From a bacterium (GTDB lineage: Bacteria; SM23-31), in contig OZ252239.1 of assembly GCA_965249485.1 (NCBI GenBank), positions 2,816,001 to 2,880,000 on the forward strand: a DNA stretch of 64,000 bases, given 5' to 3'. The translations under genes were made by a program, and so were the position numbers. The notes beneath the pieces were generated by a model. The model was not told the origin of the DNA, did no database searches, and was given only the letters and a program-made list of their open reading frames with translations. Position 1 is the first letter of the stretch; each line of letters starts with the position of its first letter. Below are positions 30,529 to 40,362 of this stretch, one piece after another.

Positions 30529-31728
30529 TTACATATTTACCCATATAGCATTCGAAATAATCCATAGTTCTTCCCGCATTTTACCAAACACAAGTTCAGG
30601 CCGCAATTGATAGACTTCAACATAATATTTATCATTTTCCGTAATTTTAAATTCTCTTTTTGATCCATCGTGAATTGCAATAGTACGTGTAGGCGATTTG
30701 AGATAAATCCTTACATTTTTATCGAGAGGGACATGAACCTGAAGCGACAAAATTCCGATTTCCGGAGCGGAGTTCTGTCGATCGATTGTGTCACCGGGTA
30801 GATACTTGGTGCAATCTATTTCTGCATAAAATAAAAATCCTTCTGAATCTCCCAGGTTTTCAAAACTGATAAACGAATTCCCCTTTTTCAATGCATTAAA
30901 AATCAGTCTTGAATCTTGCGAAAGCTCCCCGGACATCGGTTCCTGCAACACAATAGATGTCTGCACCATTTTAAATGTTCTTTCGTATGAAGGAAATGGT
31001 ATATACCACGAACTATTCAGTTTAATTTTTGCGTGTGCATCGGTACTACCGAATATTACATAATTGTCATCCAATTCCCGCTGAATGTCATTCCACAACT
31101 TTAAGGTATACTCCGGATAGTAGTAAAGCAGATTTAATGAAGCATCAGAAAATGGATACATGGTAAATGCCTGAGCAAGATTCAATACAGATGATTCACG
31201 CCAAAAAACGTCTGCATTGACTGCTTCAAGAGCGTTTATTTTTTGAAGTGTACTTTTATCAATCGGTTTTTTCTTCAAATCGGGATGAGCTCCGATAATA
31301 AGAGCTTCTTCATCAAAATCGTATAAATGCTCCAGTACATATGTGGAATAATCGTGAAATGTGGAGTCAGGATGAGGGATATATAAAAAATGGCCTTCTT
31401 CCATATTAACTTCACAACCCGCCATCACCAGGACTGAATCATAGTAACCGTTATCCAATCTGGCTTCGCTACTGACAGAGTGGTCAGCCATAATCACAAA
31501 TTGAGCACCTGCTGTTTGAGCAGCATAAGCAATAGATTCAGCTACACCGCTGCCATCGGAACGGTTGGAATGAACATGAATTGCTCCAGCATAGGTGAAA
31601 AGCTGAGGATGATTCTCTATTCCAGTTGTCGGCAGTGGAACAACTTGCTGAACATTTATAAAGGCTATTATTGCGGATACTAATAACGATGAAAAAGTAC
31701 ATGCAGATAGGATTCTTAACTTTTTCAA
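30529..31728 (-). CDS. Membrane-anchored PHP-domain phosphoesterase
   Basis: HVHS..SDG, ADH, GCE, AHP and GSTDAH motifs; N-terminal TM. Confidence 0.8.
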   Translation of the reverse strand: MKKLRILSACTFSSLLVSAIIAFINVQQVVPLPTTGIENHPQLFTYAGAIHVHSNRSDGSGVAESIAYAAQTAGAQFVIMADHSVSSEARLDNGYYDSVLVMAGCEVNMEEGHFLYIPHPDSTFHDYSTYVLEHLYDFDEEALIIGAHPDLKKKPIDKSTLQKINALEAVNADVFWRESSVLNLAQAFTMYPFSDASLNLLYYYPEYTLKLWNDIQRELDDNYVIFGSTDAHAKIKLNSSWYIPFPSYERTFKMVQTSIVLQEPMSGELSQDSRLIFNALKKGNSFISFENLGDSEGFLFYAEIDCTKYLPGDTIDRQNSAPEIGILSLQVHVPLDKNVRIYLKSPTRTIAIHDGSKREFKITENDKYYVEVYQLRPELVFGKMREELWIISNAIWVNM

Positions 31729-32198
31729 TCAGGCAATCCTTTTATCCGTTGGATGATTTCTGTGGTAGAAATACCAGGAGTCATTGATATCGGTATTACT
31801 TTTCCGCCATTATTAACCACTTCTTCATACCCGACGATATCTTTTAATTGATATTCTGCTCCCTTTACAAGGATATCAGGTAATACTTCTCTAATGAGTT
31901 GCAACGGTGTGTCTTCGTCAAATAAACACACAGCATCAACATTCCTGAGTGATGCAATCAACATCGCTCTGTCCGCTTCACTTATCAACGGTCGCCCTTT
32001 ACTCTTGATTCGTATTACAGATTTATCGGAATTTACACCGACAAGTAGAACATCACCTAGTTTTGATGCTTCATTAATATAATCAACATGTCCTCTGTGC
32101 AGAATGTCAAAACAGCCGTTAGTAAAAACAACAGTTTGATTTTTCTGCTGTGCTTTTTGTGCAAATTCGACAAAATCTTTACGTGAACAAATTCTCAT
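31725..32198 (-). CDS. rfaE2: ADP-heptose synthase adenylyltransferase domain
   Basis: Motifs FTNGCFDILHRGH, VGVNSD.SV and LVKG. Confidence 0.93.
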   Translation of the reverse strand: MRICSRKDFVEFAQKAQQKNQTVVFTNGCFDILHRGHVDYINEASKLGDVLLVGVNSDKSVIRIKSKGRPLISEADRAMLIASLRNVDAVCLFDEDTPLQLIREVLPDILVKGAEYQLKDIVGYEEVVNNGGKVIPISMTPGISTTEIIQRIKGLPD

Positions 32199-32262
32199 AA
32201 ATCACATTAAGTCATTCTATCATTTTATCATTTTATTGTTATATATAGTGATACAAGAACAG

Positions 32263-33270
32263 TTATGTAACATTATCATTTGTGTCATTATGAAAAACTT
32301 CTAATAATTTCTCCGGGGTTATCGGCACAATTCCCACTTCGCTGCATACTACTCCTGCAGCAAAATTTGCTATCGAAGAAGACTCCAGAATAGTTCCTCC
32401 AGCAGCTAGGATCAGGGTCAATGTGCCAATCACTGTATCTCCTGCACCGGATACATCGTGGATCATACGGGCTTTAGTATTCACTTTGTAAATCTCTCCT
32501 GTATTTGAGAAAAGTGACAAACCGTCCGATCCACGTGTAATCAGGACGTTATTACAGCCAAGGCGCTCTATCAGCAACTTGCCTGCTATTTCCACCCGCT
32601 CATCCGAATCAAGCGCAAAACCGAGTGCGCTTTGGGTTTCAGAAATATTCGGTTTAAACAGAGTTACACCGGTATACTCAAAAAAATTATTAAACTTCGG
32701 ATCGGCGGTAATTGGACAGCCATGCTCATGAGCAAGTTGAATAACATCCTTTATTATCTGTTTCGTTATAACACCTTTATTATAGTCCTGAAGGATAATC
32801 CCATCAATATGAGTAATGTTTTCACGAAGCGATTTTATGAGACCCGAAGCCTCGCTGCCCGAAATATCATCTGTTTTCTCAAAATCGGTCCTGACAACTT
32901 GCTGGTTATCCGCAATTATTCTTGTTTTCAATGTTGTCGGCCTGGAATTTGATGTATGGATACCAATTGTATTCAACTGCTCTTTCTTGAGTAAATTCTT
33001 TATGTCTTCACCGGTATAATCGTTACCGACTAATCCAAACAATATCGGTGAAGCTCCAAGGCTTTTAATGTTATTAGCAACATTTGCCGCACCCCCGAGC
33101 CTGCTGGATTCATCATGTACGTCAACAACGGGAACCGGTGCTTCAGGAGATATTCTGGAAACACTTCCCCAGACATATTTATCGAGCATAATATCACCAA
33201 TAACCGCTATTGTCTTCTTTCTGCATTGTTCAAGAAGCTGCTTAAGGCGTTTAATTTTGATTTGTATCAT
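32263..33270 (-). CDS. rfaE1: D-glycero-beta-D-manno-heptose-7-phosphate kinase
   Basis: Motifs VSRISPEAPVPVV, GGAANVA and DVSGAGDTV. Confidence 0.93.
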   Translation of the reverse strand: MIQIKIKRLKQLLEQCRKKTIAVIGDIMLDKYVWGSVSRISPEAPVPVVDVHDESSRLGGAANVANNIKSLGASPILFGLVGNDYTGEDIKNLLKKEQLNTIGIHTSNSRPTTLKTRIIADNQQVVRTDFEKTDDISGSEASGLIKSLRENITHIDGIILQDYNKGVITKQIIKDVIQLAHEHGCPITADPKFNNFFEYTGVTLFKPNISETQSALGFALDSDERVEIAGKLLIERLGCNNVLITRGSDGLSLFSNTGEIYKVNTKARMIHDVSGAGDTVIGTLTLILAAGGTILESSSIANFAAGVVCSEVGIVPITPEKLLEVFHNDTNDNVT

Positions 33271-33322
33271 AAGATTTTATCGCTTACAAAATTAGATGCA
33301 ACATTTCCCTACTCAAATCTTG

Positions 33323-34453
33323 TTATTTATTCGAAGAATCGTATATTTCGTTGTAATACTGCTCATACTGAGGTCCGATGGAATTAACATCAAAAAGTGC
33401 ACGGGCACGGGCACTCCCTGATTTCGACATTGATTGCTGTAAAGACTGATTGCTCAATATTTCAATACCTGCATCTGCGAATCCACTGACATCTTCCGGA
33501 TTTATAAGGAAGCCCTGTTCTCCGTCAACAATTATTTCAGGAACACCTCCTGAATTAGAAGAAACAATTGGCACACCACAACTCATTGCTTCAAGAATCG
33601 ACAACCCAAAACTTTCTACTACACTGGCAGAAATCAGCAAATCAGAAATCGAAAGAAAATCCTCTACCTCTAACCGTTTTCCCAGAAAAATAGTATGGTC
33701 ACAAATTCCAAGTTCTCTGCACATTTTTTCTGCTTTTCCACGTTCCGGACCATCTCCGATAAGGAGTAATTTAGCCTTTACTTTTTCCAGAATTTTCCAG
33801 AATATTTCAATTACCGTATCAACTCTTTTTACGGGACGAAAGTTTGACAGGTGGGTAACAATGAACTCATTATTCGGTGCATACTCTTCCTTCAGTTCTC
33901 TGTTCGACCTTCTGATGAATTGTTCTGTGTCGACAAAATTGTGAATGACTCTGATGTTTTTCTTTATATCAAATGTTTCGTAAGTCTGATCGCTTAAAAA
34001 CTGTGAAACCGTGGTGACACCATCACTTTCATTAATTCCAAACTGGGTTACAGGAAGAAAAGCCGGTTCATTCCCGACAATCGTAATGTCGGTCCCATGT
34101 AACGTCGTAATAACTTTTGCCGGACTATTTGTTATCTGTCGTGCAAGAATTGCACTAATAGAATGGGGAATTGCATAGTGAACATGCATTATGTCGAGCT
34201 TCTGGTATGTGATGACCTCACTCATTTTTGCAGCAAGATTAAGTGCATACGGCTGATGATATTCAAATAAAGGATATGTAACAACTTCAACTTCATGAAA
34301 TAAAAATTTTCCGTTAAATGATCGTAACCGAAATGGTAGGTCCGAGGATATAAAATGTATATCATGGCCTCTGTTTGCTAGGTATTTGCCAAGTTCAGTA
34401 GCTATGACACCGCTGCCCCCGTATGTTGCATAACAGGTAATGCCTATCCGCAT
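33323..34453 (-). CDS. bshA: N-acetyl-alpha-D-glucosaminyl L-malate synthase
   Basis: Motifs GITCYATYGGSGVIATELG, HVHYAIPH, TTLHGTD and SNFRPVKR. Confidence 0.92.
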   Translation of the reverse strand: MRIGITCYATYGGSGVIATELGKYLANRGHDIHFISSDLPFRLRSFNGKFLFHEVEVVTYPLFEYHQPYALNLAAKMSEVITYQKLDIMHVHYAIPHSISAILARQITNSPAKVITTLHGTDITIVGNEPAFLPVTQFGINESDGVTTVSQFLSDQTYETFDIKKNIRVIHNFVDTEQFIRRSNRELKEEYAPNNEFIVTHLSNFRPVKRVDTVIEIFWKILEKVKAKLLLIGDGPERGKAEKMCRELGICDHTIFLGKRLEVEDFLSISDLLISASVVESFGLSILEAMSCGVPIVSSNSGGVPEIIVDGEQGFLINPEDVSGFADAGIEILSNQSLQQSMSKSGSARARALFDVNSIGPQYEQYYNEIYDSSNK

Positions 34454-34527
34454 TGTAAACCTTTCATACTAATCAAACTATATTAGGCTGATAAAATCAG
34501 TCTATTTGTAGAAAACTGCTCCATTCA

Positions 34528-36903
34528 TCAATGTAAGGGAGATGCATCGTGTTTAATTTTAATAATATCAGGTAGAATTTCCTTCCATTTACCTTTTTTA
34601 TTTATCCTATCAACATTTTTTCTATCAAATGCTTCTATTGAAAGAAGCTTATCAGGCATAATAATGCTTTTATGATTGTGCACATTGAGCAACAGTGCCG
34701 CTTCTCCGCTTTTCATGCTATGTATACTTTTTTCATCAGGAGATGACTGAGAGCACTCCTCTAATGATACTGCCTCATTATCAAAAATAAGTATGGAATC
34801 ATATAAAGAATCAATTTTTTCTTTATGCGAAGAATCCATCATATTATAAACCTGCTCAACTGACTGGACCGGTATCCCGTAGTGTCTTCCGTCAATTATA
34901 CAATGCAGAACAACAACTTTTGATTCATCCTGCGCTATATTAAACTCCGCTTCTTCCACTACTGATATTCTTGACTGTAGAGGTGATTTTGAAACAGAGC
35001 TAATAATCCAAGAGCTTTCAGGAGCTATTCCAGTGTTATTATCCTGTAACTTGTCTATTAGCTCCGAGGATTCCAGAACATATGCGATTGAACCATCCGA
35101 CATTGTAACAATACCACTTATCCCGGGAATTTGCGATACAATATCTGCAGGCGGTTTTATTACGATTTCCTGTTGCTCAATGCATTCGTCCACCTCTAAA
35201 GCCATAGTTGCGTTACCAGATCGTAATATCACAAGAAAATACCCCTGTGACAGTGCTGGACGAGACTCAAGCGAAAAATAATCTCCTAAATATGTATAGG
35301 GATATGACGTACTCTGAACTACCACATTGGTTATTCTGCCTTCAGGACGTTTCTCATCTGAGTTGATTCGAATGACTTTTTCAACAGCAATAGATTGAAT
35401 AAAAAATTAAATGTTCCCAATCTGCATAAAACCGCATTGAATGCAGCTAATGTAACAGGAATTTTCAAGACAAAACAGACCCCATTGCCTGGATCATTTT
35501 CAATCTGAATATACCCATGAATCTGCTCAAGATTCGTTTTGACCACATCCATACCTACACCCCTGCCCGAAACACGAGTAACAGCCTCTTTAGTAGAAAA
35601 TCCCGGTTTAAATATGAGAGACAACACCTCTTGAGAAGACATTTGTTCCAATTGCTTATTATCTATTACACCTTTTTCTACAGCACGCTTTCCTACTGTT
35701 TCAACATTGATACCACTACCGTCATCACTGATCCTGATTGTAACTTCACTCCCCGTTGCGTGAGCGGAAATTTTTATTGTACCTTCTTCCGGCTTGCCTG
35801 ATTTGAGTCGAATGTCAGGTTCTTCAATTCCGTGATCAATTGCATTACGGATTAAGTGGATCATTGGATCTTTCAAATCTTCCAGAATCCACTTGTCTAA
35901 TTCCGTTTGAAGCCCTTCAAACTGTAAACGGATTTTTTTACTGCTGTCTTTGACTATATCCCGGACTGTCCGTTTCAGCTGCTGAAAGTATTCACCAATC
36001 GTCACCATTCGTGCATGAAACACTTCTTGCTGAAGCTCATCAATCAAACGAGAATTATGCTCATTGGACGCCTGATATGCAGAAATTGTATCAATGAGGA
36101 CAGTTTCAATGTTTTTGTAATCATTATAATACATCATTGAATTTCTTTGTAAATTTTTCATTGTATGCGGCAGAATTCAATTGTGCTGAAAAATCAGATA
36201 CCTCGCTCTGTAATGATTCCCCGTTTCGAATTGTTCGTTTCAGCGAGTTTAATAAATCTCGTAATCCAACAATTTGTTTTTTTCCACTATGTTTTTTGAG
36301 CGACAGCTCACTTGTAAGAGCAACAATTTTGTCAATTTTCGCCACTTTTAATTTAACATATTCATCATCTTTCTTAGATTTTGCTTCAGCAGTCTCAGCT
36401 CTTGTAATTTTGACATCTGCTACATCAACACCGCTTTCTATTACCGATGAATTATCTTTAGTTGCAAGCTGCTCAGCTAGATTTAATATCTCCTGTTCTA
36501 AATCAACGGTCGGTTTTCTGTCTCGAATCGAATCAGTTAAATTTTTGAATAGATCAAGGGATTTGAGCAATCCGTCAATAAGAAGCGAATCAATCTTTTT
36601 TGGGCTTTTCTTGACAGATTCAATTAAGGATTCAAATTTATGAGCAACTGTTGTCACAACCTGAAATCCGAATGTGCCTCCCGTACCTTTAACACTATGA
36701 TAAACTTGGAGCATCTGGTTACACACCGAATCCGAATCAGCACTTTCTTCAAGATCGAGAATCAGCTGCGACAATTCATCCAATTTTTCGGACGTGTCTT
36801 CAAAAAACACTTCTAGAAGATCGTCAATATCTTCATCTGACATCCCTTCAAAAGGATCAACATCGTCGGAAGCAGGAATTGTATATGGTTTATTGTCTGT
36901 CAT
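34528..36903 (-). pseudogene. cheA: CheA histidine kinase split into three ORFs by two frameshifts
   Basis: Hpt (YHSVKG) in 36124..36903; HATPase (HLIRNAIDHG, SGRGVGMDVV) in 35331..36161; CheW-like domains in 34528..35400. Frameshifts at ~36127 and in the T6 run at 35401-35406. Confidence 0.8.
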
Positions 36904-36914
36904 TAGTTAATGTG

Positions 36915-38204
36915 CTATGTTAATGCTTCCATTTGATTTGCCGCCTCTAGGAGGTGTTCAGCAGATTCAACTGTAGAACGGATATTCTCTGATGTATATT
37001 TCATACTCACGTTGATCTTGGAGACCGTTTTATTGATTTCTTCTGTTGATTCGGTCTGTTTATTTACCGATCCACTAATGTTTCTTACAAGCTGTACTGC
37101 CTGATTTGAAAAATCGACCATTGTTTGAATCGATTCCTGAATCTCCTTGATTAGTAGACCAATATTGTCTGTAAATCCACGAGTATCTTCGGCCAATCTC
37201 CTTATCTCACCTGCAACTGCTGAAAATCCTTTTCCCTGTTCACCTGCTCGTGAAGCCTCGATGGAGGCATTTAAAGATAAAATGTTGATCTGTGCAGTAA
37301 TTTCTTCTATCGTCGTGGAAATTTTATCGATCTGATGTGCTTTTTGTTGAAGATCTGCCATTTTCTCAGCGCTATTTTCCATTTGCATAGATGCGTCTTC
37401 TGCGTCTTTAGCCATGTCAGAAGCAGCTTTCGAAAATACTTCAAGCGTGTTTGCTGTGTTATCAAGTGAAGATGATTGACTGAGAAATGCAGATTCTTCC
37501 TGGTTTGCCGCTTCAAGAATTTGCTCTGACACATCGTGGATTTTATTCGATATTCCATTAATTCTGTTTCTGATTTTTGCAGAAAAGAAGAAACCAAAAA
37601 GAATGCTCACGAGCGTAACACCAGCGAACACAAGACCAAACAACTGATAATTTTTACCAAAAATCGTCGGAATTGTATCGACTTCACTTCGCATTATATC
37701 CTGAGCGATTGTGGATTGAATTGTGTGCAATTCAACACGAATAAGATTAATCAGATTTGTTTGCTCTAAAAGTGCTTCTATCTCAATCGTCAGCGGTGTT
37801 CTTCTATTTGATAAAGAAAACTTTTGAACAGATTCAGATAGATTATTCAAATTATTAACGATACTATTAACTGTGCCTGAAACTCTTTGCACTATAGTAC
37901 CCGGAAGCGACTTTTGAAAAACATCTAAATCATCACGTAATAATTGAGCAGATTCAAGAAGTGTCTGCAGGTTTGCCTGCGACGGCCCCTTCAAAAATTG
38001 ATTATGCGTATTAATCAGGAGGCTGAAATCTGATATTTGCAGCTCGCCAACTAGTTGCTCAACGCTTATAACATTCGATATTCTCGCATGAAGAAAGTTC
38101 AAATCCTCGGTACTTTCTTTGCTAAAATACCAGAACCATGCAACCATGAGCGATATTACAAATGCATATCCGTAAAAAATAACACGATTAATTTTTAGTT
38201 TCAT
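36915..38204 (-). CDS. Methyl-accepting chemotaxis protein with short signalling domain
   Basis: Two TMs; hairpin tip QINILSLNASIEASRAGEQGKGFSAVAGEIRRLA. Confidence 0.9.
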   Translation of the reverse strand: MKLKINRVIFYGYAFVISLMVAWFWYFSKESTEDLNFLHARISNVISVEQLVGELQISDFSLLINTHNQFLKGPSQANLQTLLESAQLLRDDLDVFQKSLPGTIVQRVSGTVNSIVNNLNNLSESVQKFSLSNRRTPLTIEIEALLEQTNLINLIRVELHTIQSTIAQDIMRSEVDTIPTIFGKNYQLFGLVFAGVTLVSILFGFFFSAKIRNRINGISNKIHDVSEQILEAANQEESAFLSQSSSLDNTANTLEVFSKAASDMAKDAEDASMQMENSAEKMADLQQKAHQIDKISTTIEEITAQINILSLNASIEASRAGEQGKGFSAVAGEIRRLAEDTRGFTDNIGLLIKEIQESIQTMVDFSNQAVQLVRNISGSVNKQTESTEEINKTVSKINVSMKYTSENIRSTVESAEHLLEAANQMEALT

Positions 38205-38698
38205 GAAGATATTCTTGTATCATTGGCTACAGATTTATGACCATGCGCAATCGGCCGGTTATTATTGTGGTCTTGCCATAACGGTTCAATACGTTTATGA
38301 TGGAGAATTTTCTCCGGTGAAATGACTGGAATGTGAGTATTGCCTACAATACACAAACTGTCCAGTATTTGTGGCGAAAAATATGTCGATTTCTCCGGTG
38401 ATATCAATCGGGTTTTTGCTACATTACGAACCTGGATAATTTTTGAGACTTTAATAGAATACTCAATACCCTCACATAAAAACACAAGGAGCACGTTCTG
38501 TATAAAAAAATGTTCTTTTTCTGAAAAATATGACAGATCGACTACACCAATAGCGCGGTCATGACGCACTGTGAGATCTTTAATGAAGGGTATAACAGGA
38601 AGAAATTGAAGAAGAGCGGGTTTATGCACTACCTCTTTAAGGTTGCGTGTCGGAACAGCACATAATTTCTTCCCGATACGAAAAAATAGCATCTCCAT
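38201..38698 (-). CDS. cheW: CheW-like coupling protein (divergent)
   Basis: LFFRIG...AVP....EVV, R.IGVVDL and IPVISPEKIL; overlaps the MCP start (ATGA). Confidence 0.7.
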   Translation of the reverse strand: MEMLFFRIGKKLCAVPTRNLKEVVHKPALLQFLPVIPFIKDLTVRHDRAIGVVDLSYFSEKEHFFIQNVLLVFLCEGIEYSIKVSKIIQVRNVAKTRLISPEKSTYFSPQILDSLCIVGNTHIPVISPEKILHHKRIEPLWQDHNNNRPIAHGHKSVANDTRISS

Positions 38699-38898
38699 AG
38701 CAACGAAATATATCTAAATCTTGCCTGAAATGCAATATTTATGTCCCGGGAAGAAGTTTCATGCCTCTATCTATAAAAATCCAACCACTTTTACGCGATT
38801 TCAATAATTAACATCTATCAACAATATAAGGAGTATTTACTTATTCCATCAGATTGATTTTTTCTCGCCTGTCATTATTCAATATCCATATAGAAGCA

Positions 38899-40320
38899 CT
38901 AATAAACTAAAACTCCTGCAATTAGGAATAAGAGTGCCGCAATAACACCTGCAATGAGAGCATACGGCAATTGTGTATTTACATGGTCCATATGATCAGA
39001 AGCAGAGGCCATCGATGAAATAAGTGTTGTGTCGGATATTGGTGAACAGTGATCTCCAAACACACCTCCGCTTATAAGCGCACCGGTAACCGGGACTATG
39101 TCTATCTGAAATCCTTGTGCAATACCGATACCGATTGGAAACATAATTGCCCAGGTCCCCCATGAGGTTCCGGTAGAAAAAGCTATAAATCCCGTAGTGA
39201 TAAACAGGATGACCGGGAGAAATTGCGGTGATATTATATTCATTGCAGTATTGGCCACATATTCCCCGGTGTGTAAGTCTCTGCAGAGATTACCGATTGC
39301 AAAAGCAAACATCATTAACAGAGCAATAGGCATTAACCCTCCAACACCCTTGATAAACAACTGAACAAGCTCGTTACTATTCATAATATTTTGCAGCCTA
39401 TATTTTACGGCCGCAACCATTATTGCCGCACTCACTGCCCAAAGCACAGATGTTGATCCCGATCCCCGTGTTATATCTCCTCCGCCGGTTATAATAAGAC
39501 TAACAATCATCATGATTATCATAGTCAAAACCGGAATAACCATATTAGATGCGGAAGGCTGAATACCCTCTTTTACCGGAAGTGAAAGAACTTCAGTTGA
39601 CACAAGCGGTGTAGCACCATCACGTAGAACTTTTCCGTATTTCAGAGCACGGTCTTCGGCATGCTTCATAGTGAAATAGTCTCTGCCCGTTATCGCAGTA
39701 TGCACTACAATTCCAAATGCTAATAATGAATAAAAATTATACGGAATTGCCGAAAGATAGGTTTGAAAAGAGTGTTGAATGTGCTGCTGATTTAACAATC
39801 CCGCAACGTACGCTCCCCATGCATTAATGGGAATAAGAGTACATATTGGTGCTGACGTCGAATCACAAAGATAAGCAAGCTTCTCACGGGATATCTTTAA
39901 CCGGTCAAATATGGGTCGGGCTACCGTACCGGTAATAAGCACGCTAATATTTGACTCTATGGGAATGGCTGTCCCGACACCCACAGCAAACAGCTGTGCC
40001 TTTCTCCTGTCAGATAGAAATCCTTTCTTGGAAACATATCGGACAAAACCTTCCACTCCTCCCGATCGCTGTGAAAATGCCAGAAGTGCCCCTATGAATG
40101 CGGAAAACATTATTACCTCGGTATTACTGCTGTCCTTGAATACATCAACGCAGGCAGTTAAAACATCGGCTATTCCCCGCAGCACATTTCCCTCGGCAAG
40201 GATTGTAGTTCCCGACCAGATGCCGAAAATGAGTGCAAAATACACCTGCCGTGTCATGAGCGCAATAGCGATAGCCAGAAGCGGCGGCACAATTGATAAC
40301 CACGGATATGTCTCAATCAT
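38899..40320 (-). CDS. NhaC-family Na+/H+ antiporter-type transporter
   Basis: Motifs ISREKLAYLCDSTSAP, FSTGTSWGT and GDHCSPISDTT. Confidence 0.9.
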   Translation of the reverse strand: MIETYPWLSIVPPLLAIAIALMTRQVYFALIFGIWSGTTILAEGNVLRGIADVLTACVDVFKDSSNTEVIMFSAFIGALLAFSQRSGGVEGFVRYVSKKGFLSDRRKAQLFAVGVGTAIPIESNISVLITGTVARPIFDRLKISREKLAYLCDSTSAPICTLIPINAWGAYVAGLLNQQHIQHSFQTYLSAIPYNFYSLLAFGIVVHTAITGRDYFTMKHAEDRALKYGKVLRDGATPLVSTEVLSLPVKEGIQPSASNMVIPVLTMIIMMIVSLIITGGGDITRGSGSTSVLWAVSAAIMVAAVKYRLQNIMNSNELVQLFIKGVGGLMPIALLMMFAFAIGNLCRDLHTGEYVANTAMNIISPQFLPVILFITTGFIAFSTGTSWGTWAIMFPIGIGIAQGFQIDIVPVTGALISGGVFGDHCSPISDTTLISSMASASDHMDHVNTQLPYALIAGVIAALLFLIAGVLVY

Positions 40321-40362
40321 ACATGTAACCGGTAATAATCAGTGTGTCTATATCACAAGGTT

